From the NCBI GenBank assembly GCA_002269645.1, contig NIVC01000260.1, positions 659,171 to 723,170 on the forward strand: a stretch of 64,000 nt of DNA. The letters are read 5' to 3'. The notes below the pieces were generated by a model. It saw nothing but the letters and a program-made list of their open reading frames with translations. It made no database searches and was not told the DNA's origin. Source of the DNA: Macrostomum lignano (taxonomy: Eukaryota). The position numbers and the translations under genes were made by a program. This document shows, in pieces, positions 12,515-24,790 of this stretch (position 1 is the stretch's first letter; each line of letters begins with the position of its first letter).

Positions 12515-13129
12515 CTAGGGCAGAGCGGAGTCAGCTGAGTGGTACTGCTGCTGCTGCTGCTGGTACAGGCAGGAAACAACATCGGCTGCTGCGGCGGCGG
12601 CAGCAGCGGCGGCGGCGGCAGCGGCGGCGTCAGAATCCGGCGACACACCGGCGGCACCGGCTGCCAGCTCCGGCTGGTGCTGCAACGGCGAAGATGAATA
12701 ATCTTGCTGATGCTGGTGCTGTTGCCAGGGCAACCCGTGATGCTGGGCGAGCTGCTGGTGGTGCAGCTGCGGCGGCGGCTGCTGCCCAGGATGATGCTGG
12801 AGATGCGGCTGCATCGGATGCTGCAGTTGGTCGGGCATGAGAGGCTGGGGCTGCTGAGGCTGCCAGCAATAATCGTAGGCAGCAGTAGTTTGCTGCCAGC
12901 AGCTGTCCAGAGCCTGATGCGGGTGCTCCATCATTGCGTGCGGCTGCGGAGGCTGCTGCTGCGGCGTTGTTGGCACCGCACTGGCGCAGGTGCACAGCAG
13001 GAACTCCAGCTCGTCGGAGCAGGGGTTGTGAAAAGCGGCCAGGCTGCAGTGCACCTGCCGGTACTCGGCAGCGGCGTCCGAGCTGGCTGCAGCGGCGGTG
13101 CGCAACCGGCAGGCAGCGGCGCATTGAGC
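12515..13129 (-). CDS. ARNT: ARNT/tango, last coding exon (end of PAS-B/PAC plus Q/H/A-rich transactivation tail)
   Basis: AFHNPCSDELEFLLCTC matches ARNT TFQNPYSDEIEYIICTN; acceptor TTTCCCAG in phase 0; TAG stop at 12515-12517. Confidence 0.85.
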   Translation of the reverse strand, partial: AQCAAACRLRTAAAASSDAAAEYRQVHCSLAAFHNPCSDELEFLLCTCASAVPTTPQQQPPQPHAMMEHPHQALDSCWQQTTAAYDYCWQPQQPQPLMPDQLQHPMQPHLQHHPGQQPPPQLHHQQLAQHHGLPWQQHQHQQDYSSSPLQHQPELAAGAAGVSPDSDAAAAAAAAAAAAAAADVVSCLYQQQQQQYHSADSALP

Positions 13130-13154
13130 CTGGGAAATTGATGGGGACTTGATG

Positions 13155-13174
13155 TCAGTGTCTGTCTGTCTGTG

Positions 13175-13205
<31 letters not shown>

Positions 13206-13312
13206 GTGTCTGTCTGTCTGTGTGTCTGTCTGTCTGTCTGTGTCTGTCTGTCTGTCTGTGTGTCTGTCTGTCTGTCTGTGTGTCTGTCTGTCTGTGTGTC
13301 TGTCTGTCTGTG

Positions 13313-13365
<53 letters not shown>

Positions 13366-13395
13366 GCGTGTCTGTCTGTCTGCGTGTCTGTCTGC
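13155..13395. repeat. (TCTG/TGTG)n microsatellite in ARNT intron 2
   Basis: Tetranucleotide repeat. Confidence 0.97.
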
Positions 13396-13509
13396 CTGCA
13401 TATTTACATCCCGGCACAGCTCTACTACAGAGTTGAGCTAACATTTGCTACTCGCTCACAATGGCTGCCTGTGCGCGGCCGCATTCATCAGGGGCTGTGC
13501 CGGGATTCA

Positions 13510-13625
13510 CAACCAAGAGGGCCGACCAGCAAAGGCACAGAGAGTGCACATGCCTGACGATTAGACAGTCAGGGCCGCTGTACACCCTGTGTGAGCGTGT
13601 ATGAGTGCGTGCCTGCACTAACCGC
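13510..13625 (+). mobile_element. SINE family B body fragment
   Basis: GAGGGCC.ACC..CAAAGGCACAG..AGTG.ACATGCCT.ACGAT..AGGGCCGCTGTACA shared with 57270-57380. Confidence 0.6.
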
Positions 13626-13699
13626 TGCCAGCTCTGCTTAACTTATCGGATGCTGGCGCCATCAGCTAGGAAGAGTAGCAACAAACGCAGATGCCTCAC

Positions 13700-14322
13700 C
13701 TGCCCTCGGCTGGCTGCAGCAGCCACAGCGGCCGCCCGGAGCCTGGCCCGGTCCCCGGGAGCGGCCAGCTCGGACAGTGGCCGGCCAACCAGATCCGCCG
13801 GCCGGTGGCCGAGAACAGCTGTGACGCGCTGATCGCAGAACGTCACCACGGTGGGATCGGGACCTTCGCCGCTATCGGCGCCCTCAGCAGGCTGGCCAGC
13901 GGGCGGGCCGATTCGCAGAACGAACTCGGACTGAGACTGGCCGAGAGCGCCCATCATGAGCATGAGCTGCTGCTGTTGCTGCTGCTGCTGCGACTGCGGC
14001 TGCTGATGCGGCAGATCCGGAGGCAGCGCGGTCGGCTGCAGCCTGGCCAGAGCCACCAGGCAGTGCGGCACCGACGCGCCGGAAGCGTCTCCGACAATAT
14101 CGTCCGATTGCTGATGATGATGCTGCTGAGAGGCTGGCCACTGTTTCAAATAGCCGGACACGTGGGCGATCACGTATTGCTGACCGTCAGCTGATGGGGC
14201 CAGCATAGTCCGCTGGCGCTGGCGCTGATGAGGCGGCTGCTGCGGATGTTGCGCATCCGGCGGGCAGATTCGCATCCGGCACATAAATGAGCGCCTGGCG
14301 CCCATAGTGCTGCGCATGTGGG
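13700..14322 (-). CDS. ARNT: ARNT/tango coding exon 2 (end of PAS-A, linker, PAS-B)
   Basis: MGARRSFMCRMR, HVSGYLKQWP, HCLVALARLQ and TFCDQRV..VLGHRPADLVG match ARNT motifs; acceptor TTTTAG in phase 1; donor CAG|GTGAGG in phase 0. Confidence 0.88.
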
Positions 14323-14454
14323 CTAAAATTGTGAGCATTTGCCGATATGTATAGAAATTTACATTTATCATAACTAAGTAATTTTGCTCTCCATACCGTA
14401 TGACTTTTAATACAGTGGACTAAAAACAAAAAACTAACCAATTCCGTAAAATTA

Positions 14455-14720
14455 CGTTTGATACACATCACATAAGGAACTACCGATATGTATCGAAAAC
14501 AACTTTATGGAATAAAAAAGCTAACTGATTATGTATCGATTTTTATGGAATAATAAAACTACCGGTATGTATTGATTTTTATAAAATAATAGATTTACCG
14601 ATATGTATAGATTTTTATAAAATATTATATTTACCGATATGTATCGATTTTTATAAAATAATATGTTTGCCGATATGTATCGATTTTTATGGAATAACAA
14701 AGCTACCGATATGTATCGAA
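14455..14720. repeat. Degenerate 37-40-bp repeat built on TACCGATATGTATCGATTTTTAT in ARNT intron 1
   Basis: Motif recurs about 7 times. Confidence 0.8.
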
Positions 14721-14752
14721 ATTAAAAAATCTGCACTTCCAACAGCCCTCAC

Positions 14753-15398
14753 CATGGTAGCCATCCTTCTTCACCGTGCCAGTTTTCAGATCCAGCACCC
14801 TAGCAGCGGCCGGATCAGCCGAGGCCAGCTGGTCACGAACTTTCTCCCTGTCGTCCGGGTGCAGCAGGTCGTACAGCGGTCGCTGATAGCATTCAGCCTG
14901 GCTGAGGCCGAGCACGAGACTAACGGAGTCGCTGACGTAGACCAGCCTGCCCGTGTCGCACTGGCACACGAACAGGAACCCGTCTGCGGCTTCCAACACA
15001 AGATGCTTCAATTCCAAATCGCTTAGAAATGACGGCTTATAGGTGCCGTCCACTCCAGTGTTGCCGGTGCCCCGCAGGCCGCGCATATGCGCCACAGCCA
15101 TGCGCAGAATGGTCAGCTTGTCCGGCTTGCGCGCCAAGTTCGCGCAACTGGGCACCATGTCGCACAGTTCGCCAATGTACGCCGACATTTTGTTGCGCCT
15201 GCGGCGCTCGATCTCGCAGTGACTCTCGCGAGCGTAGCGCTCCTTGTCCAGCGTCTCCTGGTCCCGAGGCCCGCCGCCGCCGCCACGACCACCCGGTGCA
15301 CAGCCGGTGGCTCCTCCGGCTCCGTGCATGACGAGGCCAACATTTGACGAGGAATTGCTGCTGCCCTCGCTGCTGGCGCTATCGTTCGAGTCCTCCAT
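14753..15398 (-). CDS. ARNT: ARNT/tango coding exon 1 (bHLH + PAS-A)
   Basis: [58 protein letters not shown] is diagnostic of ARNT; donor G|GTGAGG at 14752. The full spliced CDS is 1884 nt (627 aa). Confidence 0.95.
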
Positions 15399-15835
15399 AG
15401 ACAGGCTTCAGCTGTAAGGTCGGGTTCCGTTCATGGACTGCTATATTATATAAGTGTGATTTCAAGCACCTGGACTGGAAACCTTTGCTAGTTGAAAAAA
15501 TGGCACAGAATATTTAGGAATACCTAATGAATTATTCATTAGCTGATTAGTCAACCACAATTGAGACTTTGACCAAAAATCGAAATTAAAAAGATTGTGA
15601 TTTTGTACAGAAGTATGTCACAACTTTATACCAGTTAAAGCTAAGTAAATAAAGTTACAAAAGAAGTAGAGATTGGTTGAGATCAAAATTTTTGGGATCA
15701 GTTAGGCAGCATTAAGATGCTGTCCTTCTTCTACTTAGAAGCCTTATTTTATTTCCATAAAGATTTTATTCATTATAGTTTGCTGCAAAAATTATAATCA
15801 ATAGAACTTGGTTGGTCTAGTTGAAGCCACAGATA

Positions 15836-16255
15836 CTAGAATAACTAGATGGGCCACTCAGCACATTTGCATGTAAGCTACTTTCAGCTCAGTAGTAAGT
15901 TAAACTGAAGCATTTTAATGCATTTATTGGATCTTATCCCCCAGCTTAAAAACCCTCCAACCGCGCCTTTCCACACTACCCCCCCCCCCTGCACACCCCA
16001 ATTTTTATTGCCTTTCTCGGAATCCCAGCCTAAAGCTGCCATGTACATTTCAGTGGACTGGCCAATGTACATTATTACTGAACCAATTAGCAAGTTGTTT
16101 ACGCCTGCAAGCTTGGGCTTCTAAACTTATCAAAGTCATTTCAGCTGCCTTTAATTTTATAAAATAGCTTATGTATTCTTCTTTGCTACTGAACTGAAAG
16201 TAGAAAGCTGTTTTACTAAGTATACATGCTTGAGTGGCTCATCTAGTTATTTTAG
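15836..16255. mobile_element. MITE with about 24-bp TIRs (CTAGAATAACTAGATGGGCCACTC) flanked by TA
   Basis: Terminal inverted repeats; a second copy lies in opposite orientation at 48052-48376. Confidence 0.75.
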
Positions 16256-18531
16256 TAGCAATTTCAATGACAACTATATATGAAAACAATTGTGTATAAC
16301 AATAAGTTAGATAAGATACACAACAGAATTCTATTATAAATTTGTCTTTTAGATCAATTTGGGTAAACACTTACATGATTTAGTTTATAGAAGCATGCAA
16401 TAAATCCAAAGTCAATTTAAATTATAATACAAGTTGTTAAAACTGTTGACAAGAAACTAATAATAATTTTCTTTATGAGATAGATGACTTCATACTTTTT
16501 TGTCATCTTAGCTAATAAAAGCCCAGAACTTTAAATTGAGAGTTTTAAGTAATTTTAACCTTGGGATTTTAGGATTTTGGAATCTTTAATCATGGGAGAT
16601 AGTTAAAGTCCTTATTTAGAGGAAAAATACAGAGAGAGCATTTAAGCAAATAAAGTATTTAGCTTCTAGCCTTTGTAGTAGCCTACAAATTTGTTTATTA
16701 TTTTTGTCTATTGTAAGTCAAACACTTAGTTGTTAGCAAATGAAGTGACTAGTAGACAAGAACAAGAATAGACAAACTGACTGTCATATTCTTGTATACC
16801 TTGATATTAATCATATGATTTATAATATTGAAACAATTTTTAGCTCTATTGGCAATGAGAGTAAATAGATATTTTATTTTAAATAGGCTAAGTATTACAT
16901 TCAAAAAATGCATAAGTATAACTACTAGATAGATATGCTCACTGTTTAGATATGTTAAACAGTATGTCTGTTTCTAAAATATGAGCCAATTAAAAGAATT
17001 GCTAGTGCACTTATTAAAAGTTGTTTAATTTCTTTGATTATATAATACAATTAACCATAATCAAAGAGGCAGTATAATAGACAAAATGCTTATATTTAGC
17101 TTTTTTTGTAAACAAATATGGCGGTAAAAAATGGTAATAGAAAAACTGCCTAGATACCATAATATATTGCATTTTAAAAGTTAAAAAGTGGGGGCTATGG
17201 CCCTTTGCCCCTCCATTCTAAAGAATAAAATCCCAGGATTTTGATTATGCTTAAAGCTTAGGATTCTAAATCCTGGGATCATACTTGTTGAGGATTTGAA
17301 AATAGGGTTTGACTATTGGGATCTTGATCCCAGTTTTCAAAAATTCAACCATTTATTTTTGAGTAATAGTGTTTACAGCTGAGCTACCTATCAAATAAAA
17401 ATCATAATCCAGTTGTCTTGCTTTGATTTAATAATCTTAAAGATGCAGGCTAGTGAGAAGGCTAGAGCTGTAGAGATACAAAACTGAAACTGTTGGCAGA
17501 TCATAAGGAGATTTCAAGTATAATAATATATGTGGAACTATATGCATATGATATTCACAGACTAATCTAATTATTATCTTACAACTTATGTATAGAGCCT
17601 AAAGTAATAGAGGCCAATTCTTCATTATTTGCAATCCTAGTGCTATAGCTTGCTAGATAGGAGTCAAATCATTGTTTATTTGAACTTTCCCTCTATCTTT
17701 AGGCCTAACCTAGCTAAAATCAGAGGGTCTTGACCTTGCATAGATAAAAAGCCCTTCTATGTAAAAGACCTTATTCTCAGCACTATTAAGATACCTTTTA
17801 GATGCTTAGCATAAGAGTAATAGCAGAACTATATATACTTTATGCAGTCCTAACCTTCAAAACTCATTGGCCATAGTTGGGGTTAGAGCAGTGGGACCTT
17901 GCTATTAGATTATAACCTAAGCTAACTATTTCTCTATCTAGGGCTAAAGCCAATAGTTAATGCCTTTAGGAGGGAAAGGTCAAATCCCCTGCTACCTTAG
18001 GCCTAGTATCAGTACCTCAGGCTATAGGCCAAGATGGAATTCTTGCTCAGGGGTAAGAAAATGCACGCGCACATTTTTGGAGCAGCGCGCAAATGCGCAT
18101 GCCAGCTGTAAAAAAAGTCATTTAATGCAGATTATGGCAGGCCCATGCACTAAAAAATGAAATTTCTAGTTTTTCAATTCTTATACTGACGTACATTAGA
18201 AAGTTGTACTTTAAGTGTAAAGTAGCTTGAAAACTATAATTTTTAAAGAAAATATTCTTTAAAGAATAATATAATATAATAATATAAAATAAAGAATATT
18301 CTTTAAAGAATAAAGAAAATATTCTTTAAAAATTATAAGAGTTTCACTAAACTTTAAAGTAACTATTTTTGCTAAAAACTATTATTCTTTGTTTTACTTT
18401 TGTTTAAAATTTTCCGGCGTAAAAACAACCTTCTAGACTATGAAAAATAAGAGATCTTGAGCGCACATACATTACATGGCACATAACCATGTGAATGCAT
18501 GTAAAAGTCAAATCCTATCTATCATGCTTGG

Positions 18532-18667
18532 GCGCAACCTTGGGATTCACTCGGCCGTTTCTATTGGCAACACACACATGTATGTCGCTATTGGACAGAA
18601 AAGTAGTCACATAACATACATGTGTGTGTTGCCAATAGAAACGGCCGGGTGATTCCCAAGGTTGCGC
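18532..18667. mobile_element. Small hairpin element/MITE with about 54-bp arms
   Basis: GCGCAACCTTGGGA.TCAC.CGGCCGTTTCTATTGGCAACACACACATGTATGT is inverted; homologous copy at 58346-58503. Confidence 0.7.
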
Positions 18668-19290
18668 ACATATGCTATCTATGATTCTGCGGCAAACAGC
18701 TTCTTTGCAAGCACAAATGATGGAGCGCGCACACACCTTTAAGAGTGCACAAATAGGCTCCTTTTTAGCACACAATCGTGCATAAATTTGACAAGCGCTC
18801 ACAAATGCGTAACAACTTTTGTGCAAAAATTCTATCCTGGGCTATAGGCCCTAGCTCTATAAGGTATTATTCTCTAGATTACATTATAATCAAGTGTGAT
18901 TTTCCCGAGCTGATACTAGTATATAAAAAGTATATCTATTATATTAGCCTAGGCTCCTCTAAATATCATATTTATTTAAAGCTTTTTGTTAGCAAATTAT
19001 TTTATTCATACTTTAATTTTATTATTGAAAGCCCTTTAAAATCAGATTAAATAGCTTTATAAAACAAAATTTTATTTAAAAAGATTAAAACTTCTTTAAT
19101 CCCAGAATCCTGGCCCAATTACCTAAGGCAATTTGTTGAGATCCCAAGATTGGCAAAGTTTAGGATAGGCTATCTTCTTGAATCGTTTGTTTAATTCCAA
19201 CCCCCACCCCCCGCCACCCTTAAATAGAGGGCAAAATAATTCCGGAAATAATTAAACAAACGATTCGAGAAGATTGCCCTAGGATATCCC

Positions 19291-19640
19291 AATACAATAC
19301 AATACAATAAATACAATGGCCACCGGCCACAAGTGGTCAGGAAAGGGGGGGACATTGTCAAAAAGCACGCTTAGCTGCGCAGTCTCTGATGAAGGTAGCG
19401 CCATTGATCTGATCAGGCGCCCTGGCATCTTCTGTCAGACAGTCGACGAACCTCCGGGTCCGCGCCTGCCCCCGCCGGAACGGGCCCTGCTGCGTGTACA
19501 GCAAGACCTCCTGCAGCGGCTCCAGGCAGTAGGACTTGGCGCGAATGACGTGGCCCGCCAGCTTCAGGCGGCGCTGTCGCAGGGTCACGCTGGGAGGGCT
19601 CAGCTTGGCCCGCTGGTAGAGAGCCTGGTTGGTGACGTGT
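19291..19640 (-). mobile_element. 5'-truncated RTE-like LINE 3' end with (ATTGT)n tail
   Basis: TLRQRRLKLAGHVIRA..RRGQARTRRFVDCL resembles the RTE C-terminus (RRLRxxGHVxR..RGRP) and is followed by a short tandem tail. Confidence 0.75.
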
Positions 19641-21814
19641 TAAGAATCTTAATCTTAAGAATCTTAAGAATCCTAGGATTTTTTAAGTTTAGGAACCCAG
19701 GATTGGCAAAACTTGGGATTTTTAAAGTCTCTACCTTGTTCTGATGCTTAAAAAATAAATAGGCATAGGATTCAAGTTTAGTGCTGCAATTAAAAAAAAA
19801 ATAGGTTGAAGCTTTATAGGCCTAGTACAAAAAAACTAAATTTGCACCTAGGATAATATTTTAGGTGCAATTGCACCTAAAATTTTACACAATGCATTTA
19901 GGTATTAGGTTTGGGATAGGGCCTAAGTTATTTAGATTTAAATTAAAACACAAAATTGAAAATTTTGAAATTTTGGTGGGTGGGTAGTACTGTACTACTT
20001 GTACCCTTCTTTTTACAATAACAAAAGCTCAGATAGTGTGCTAATTGCATTATCAATAACATTATATTATAACTATTGCTTATTTGTAATCATAGTGTAG
20101 TTATGTAGTCATGTAGATGTAGTAGAAAGTAAGAGTAGAGTATTAGTTAGTATTCAAAGTTTTGGAAAAAGAGGCATTGTAACTTCTTGTATATTGGAGC
20201 CCTTTAAACCCTGAGAGAGGTAATTATGGGTTAAAACATTTTTAATCTAATAGCTAATAAAATTTGCACAATTTTAACACTAAACTAAAACTACTCATAC
20301 GACACTAAGCGAGCTAGAACGTAAGGCTGTCAAAAAAAAGTTTTTCAACGACGTTTCCGCGAAACGGCAGACTAAAGGTTTAAACTAAGTATGTTTACTA
20401 TTTTGTTGTAACCTAACAAAGTTGATTTTGTTAAGTTCTTGTGAAATTGTAGTAAAATAAAAATTGTTTTTTGTTTCATATTTGTAAGAAAGGTCGAAAA
20501 ATATATTAATAAAAATCAAATGCTTATAATTTTTCCGGCCTAACCAGCACATCAAAATAGAATCTTTTAGCCCGGCCCGTGGACACTACTAGCCAGTGGC
20601 CAATCCAGGGGGAGGACAAGGGGGTTATGTCCCTCTCAGCTGGAGCCAATGTTTTTTCTATAAATAAGTATCTTTGCCAATTGTTTTAGCAATCTGTGTT
20701 TCCGTTTTTAATTTTTGACGAGGCTTAGTTACCAGGCTGTATTATGTGTGACGAATAAAGGCGGGAAGACGGTTTGTGTAGCGGTGATATACAAATAATA
20801 AAATAAATACATACGAGGCGACAAAAACAAAGCACTTAACAGTAACATAAGCGCGATAATTAATACGTATAGAATATTGTTAAAATAAATTAAAGAATAC
20901 AAGTAGTACGGTATGAATGCGAGATAAGGAAATACGGTACACATATACACATAAAGGGTACACACTTCTACGAACTACACACTGTCACATATGTTTGCCC
21001 ACTCGTATGTGTCACAAGGGACCACTTTAGTATAACAGGACGTAAACAACTAGTCTTTTGTGTAGTAGTCCTTGGACGTAAAACTCAAAGATCGTGTAAA
21101 TTTTTTAATCGATTTCCTGAAAAAATACAGTGGGGAGAAAGGGAAAAATCATTTTTCATTAGAAAATCAATGATTGCATTTGATCTGGCGCATGTGAATA
21201 TTACCATAATTACTTTAATTTAGCATGCACGTCAACATGTTACACTGTTATATTTTATATAGTTTTTATGCAATGGAAGTTTCACTTTTCACAGAAATAT
21301 TGATTTCTTTTTATTTCATATATTTAGCCCCAGAAAAATCGAAGTTAGTCAACAGACGTATGACGTCACGTTTTCTAACGAAGATTTCATATAATGTATC
21401 AATAGAAGCAGATAGTAGTACGGATATAGGTCGCATTTAATTGACGCGCATTTATCCTTTAGCTCTACCATCTGCTCATTCTCATTGTCATTTGTCAGCT
21501 CCTACAGTATTAACTACCATCTCTTCAGCTGGAGTGCTTGTCAGTTACAATGTATTCAGTTTTGCAGTAGACTGACATCTCACTTTCCTCAATAGCTGCT
21601 TCTTTCCGGTACCAATCTAGCGATGAACGTTTGAACAGCTGCCTGGCAGGCATGTACATGTGTATGTATGCTTCATACGCGGTTTTCACAGCAACTAAAA
21701 ATTTGCTACAGAATTCTTCCAGGGCTTTTGTTTGACAGTAGCAGTGTGTTTCTCAGCTTTCTCAGCATATTGGCAGGATTGTGATTATATGGGCTAAATA
21801 GTCATCGGGAGTCA

Positions 21815-21882
21815 CTACTTGACCCAGTCGGCGCTCGTCTCGATCTCCGCCTCCACCTGAGCTTCGGTGAACAGCAGCAGGC
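21815..21882 (-). pseudogene. Orphan 3' fragment of the CTL-PAN gene family (LLLFTEAQVEAEIETSADWVK*)
   Basis: 1 mismatch to the conserved family tail over about 62 nt; no upstream homology (abuts TATATATA). Confidence 0.85.
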
Positions 21883-22913
21883 TATATATATAGCATCATG
21901 TATGTTTCATATGCTTATGTAGACGGCGTTTACAAATTTTTTTTTCTAATAAAACCATTGTAAGTATTTACATCGTAGATTGTACAACGCCCAATTGCTG
22001 ACGTCGTCACGAGCTTGCCTGGGCTGCCTTTCGTTTTGTTGATGCCTTTCGTTTCCCGCAGCCTGACGCTCTACTTGACCTCGTGAGGACGGCGTTGTAA
22101 CTTGGAAGCTGAGGAGGCGCACTCTTGGCCTGCTGCCTTCAAGATCGGTGACGACCAACACGGGCCTCTATCGTCGGGCCAAGTTGTGATTGAGTCAGGG
22201 ATGTGTATAGAAAGCGAACGTACATTAAAGCGATACCATTACTCAGCAAAGTATTTGTCATAGTTCAATGCTACTATACCCGTTCAATAACTGCCAATAG
22301 AACAAGGAATAAAACCATTACATTACTTTATTTATACTTTATTTATTTACTTTACTTTATTTAACCAGGTGGCATCGAGAATCTCTCCATCATTGCCAGC
22401 AACCAGCCACTCACCGAGTGCCTATCAGAGAAAAACAATTCAGTCACGTCAAATTATTGCCAAAGTCGTTAGTTAAATAAAGAATATTACGCAAATTTTA
22501 GCAGCCGAAATTCTTTATTCTTGCTCTTCAAGGCATGACTGCATTAATTTTGAGTAATAGCGTCCATTTACCACAGAAAATGAAACGTTTATTATGAAAC
22601 AAAAAATATTTTTAGAATAATAATCAGAACAGTAATAAAAATATAAGGATGCTGGTTCCAACCTCCAGATTTGAGTTCCAAAATATAGGTCGCTATATGC
22701 TAGTAGACACATACCGGGATACTGGTACATGCACTTATAACTGATGACTATCCGACTATGACTATGTAGATTAAATATTGGCCTAAAACTAAAGATCTGT
22801 CTTCATCACATTTACCACAATTTTATCCAAAGCTTCTGACGTTTTGCGTCATATACAAGCATAAAAGTTAGCATTGTAGGAGTCCTTAAATAATTGTACT
22901 ATCCAAGATGTGC

Positions 22914-23633
22914 TCAGTGCACGCTGAACTTGACCCAGTCGGCGCTCGTCTCGATCTCCGCCTCCACCTGAGCGTCGGTGAACAGCAGCAGGCGGCAGGC
23001 TCTCAGCTTGCTGTTGTACAGCATGTGTCTGCAGCTGGCCGCACGCATGCCGGCTGCAGTGCACCTCATGGCGCTGCTCACATTCGGCACATCGCTGAAG
23101 CAGTACACAGAGTGGTGCAGCTCTCGCTTGAAGTCAGCGGCCTTCCAAACTCCGGTAGCAGGGTGCCGGGCTGTCTCACTCACAAACTCGCACACGAAGC
23201 CGAGAACAGAGTGGCACCTTTTGTCACCAAGAGTGACATCCCTCCTGATGCGCAGGCAGTTTTCTCCTGTTGAGCCAGTAGGATTGTATGATAAGTACAT
23301 GGAGTTGTCATCCGGGAGCAGGCCGTTGCCGTTGACCCTCTGCCAGCCGGCCCTGCTGCCGCCTCTCTCATCGGCCAGGTCGCTCACTCCGATCCACAGG
23401 TCGCAGCCGCAGTTGGCACTGGAAATATTTCGACCGAGTAGCAGCTTGATGGAGTCGTGCGAGTTGACGAGCTCGCCTCCGATAGATTTGCACTGCTCAT
23501 TTGCTGAGCACCAGGTGCGGCTCTGAACTGTGCTCACGAATAGGCACTTGCCGGCCTCGAGGTGGAACGGAGCGGGGCACGGCTGAGCTGAAGCCCAGAG
23601 CAGTTGAGCACTTAAAATCAGAAGCACTTGCAT
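22914..23633 (-). CDS. Secreted C-type lectin domain + C-terminal PAN/apple-like domain protein, copy A (intronless, 239 aa)
   Basis: Signal peptide; CP..F...GKC, W..A...C...GGEL, LWIGVSD, C..C...FVCE CTLD pattern; C-terminal C-x11-C..C.H.LYN....CRL PAN-like pattern. Confidence 0.88.
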   Translation of the reverse strand: MQVLLILSAQLLWASAQPCPAPFHLEAGKCLFVSTVQSRTWCSANEQCKSIGGELVNSHDSIKLLLGRNISSANCGCDLWIGVSDLADERGGSRAGWQRVNGNGLLPDDNSMYLSYNPTGSTGENCLRIRRDVTLGDKRCHSVLGFVCEFVSETARHPATGVWKAADFKRELHHSVYCFSDVPNVSSAMRCTAAGMRAASCRHMLYNSKLRACRLLLFTDAQVEAEIETSADWVKFSVH

Positions 23634-24364
23634 TATATTGTCGCTAAATGTTGAGCACAGACAAAGAGCACGCAGTTACCAAAAAAACTCTTCCATCGTA
23701 GACAGTCGGGAATTTACGAGTATCTGATTTGCGACCAGTCCGTCCGCGTTGCTATGGCATAAAAGTTTTGTTACATCAGCCTTTTAAAAGCCACTTACAG
23801 GTGAGTAAGCAGAAGCCAGCGAACAAATAAATTCCTACGCAAATATCGATGCTTGCAAAACAAGTAAAGACGCTCAAAGCGCTTTTCTTCCTTTTTATTT
23901 ACCTTTCTGTTGTTGCTAAAGCTCTCAGTGCATTTGTCATGAAGAGAATGCGATTCTGCAGTACTCCGTGAGCTGTCTAGCAGTCCTAAAGAGTTGATCA
24001 TTTTCTGTTGATTTTTATATGTATGAAAAAACTGAAACTTAAATACCCAGTCGACGAGTTTCCAATAGTCTGGCTGGTCTGGATGTCTAGTGTCTACTGT
24101 TTTTTTTTTGTTTAAGCTCGCCATTGACAGCCCTTGGTTTCTACAGTTTAGCAATGGTTCACCAGCACTTTTTTGCGTAATCCCTGAGCAGATGACCCCT
24201 AATCTCCGAGCACTTCTGCAGTCGTCTCTAAGCAGTTTTCACCGATCCAACTGAGACCAAAACAACTCCAAAGTTATATGGCATATTTTTCAAAAAATTA
24301 AAACCATTTCAATTGTTTCCAACTTTGTAATTTAAGTTTGCTTTACCGTCTTCTTAGGTTGTGC

Positions 24365-24527
24365 GAGTTATACTAGTGGTTAGAGCGTCGGACTCAACAA
24401 CTTGAAGGTCGAGGGTTCGATTCCCGACTCCACTGGAACAATTTGCGTCCTTGAGCAAGACACTTAACTCTGCATTGCTTCATTTCACCCATTAGCTGGG
24501 GTTATTGAGGGTGTGTGTGGCGACTCG
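24365..24527 (+). mobile_element. tRNA-derived SINE, family A (second copy)
   Basis: A and B boxes plus a GTCCTTGAGCAAGACACTT central box; homologous to 12025-12312. Confidence 0.75.
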
Positions 24528-24604
24528 ACATATTCTATTCCAGTTTAAACAACTTTAAATTTCTCCATCCTGCGTCGTAACTCTGGCACGACTCCCTCCA
24601 GTAC

Positions 24605-24606
24605 GC

Positions 24607-24686
<80 letters not shown>

Positions 24687-24735
24687 CACAGACAGACAGA
24701 TAGACAGACAGACAGACATACTGAAGGACAGACAC

Positions 24736-24786
<51 letters not shown>

Positions 24787-24790
24787 GTTA
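24605..24790. repeat. (GACA)n microsatellite
   Basis: Tetranucleotide repeat. Confidence 0.97.

Noticed and set aside
12630-15347. Overlapping and antisense ORFs across ARNT and the lectin genes
   Set aside because: Shadows of GC3-rich coding sequence on the opposite strand or in other frames
20745-21016. Possible solo LTR (TGTGAC...GTCACA ends)
   Set aside because: No target-site duplication and no second copy in the window
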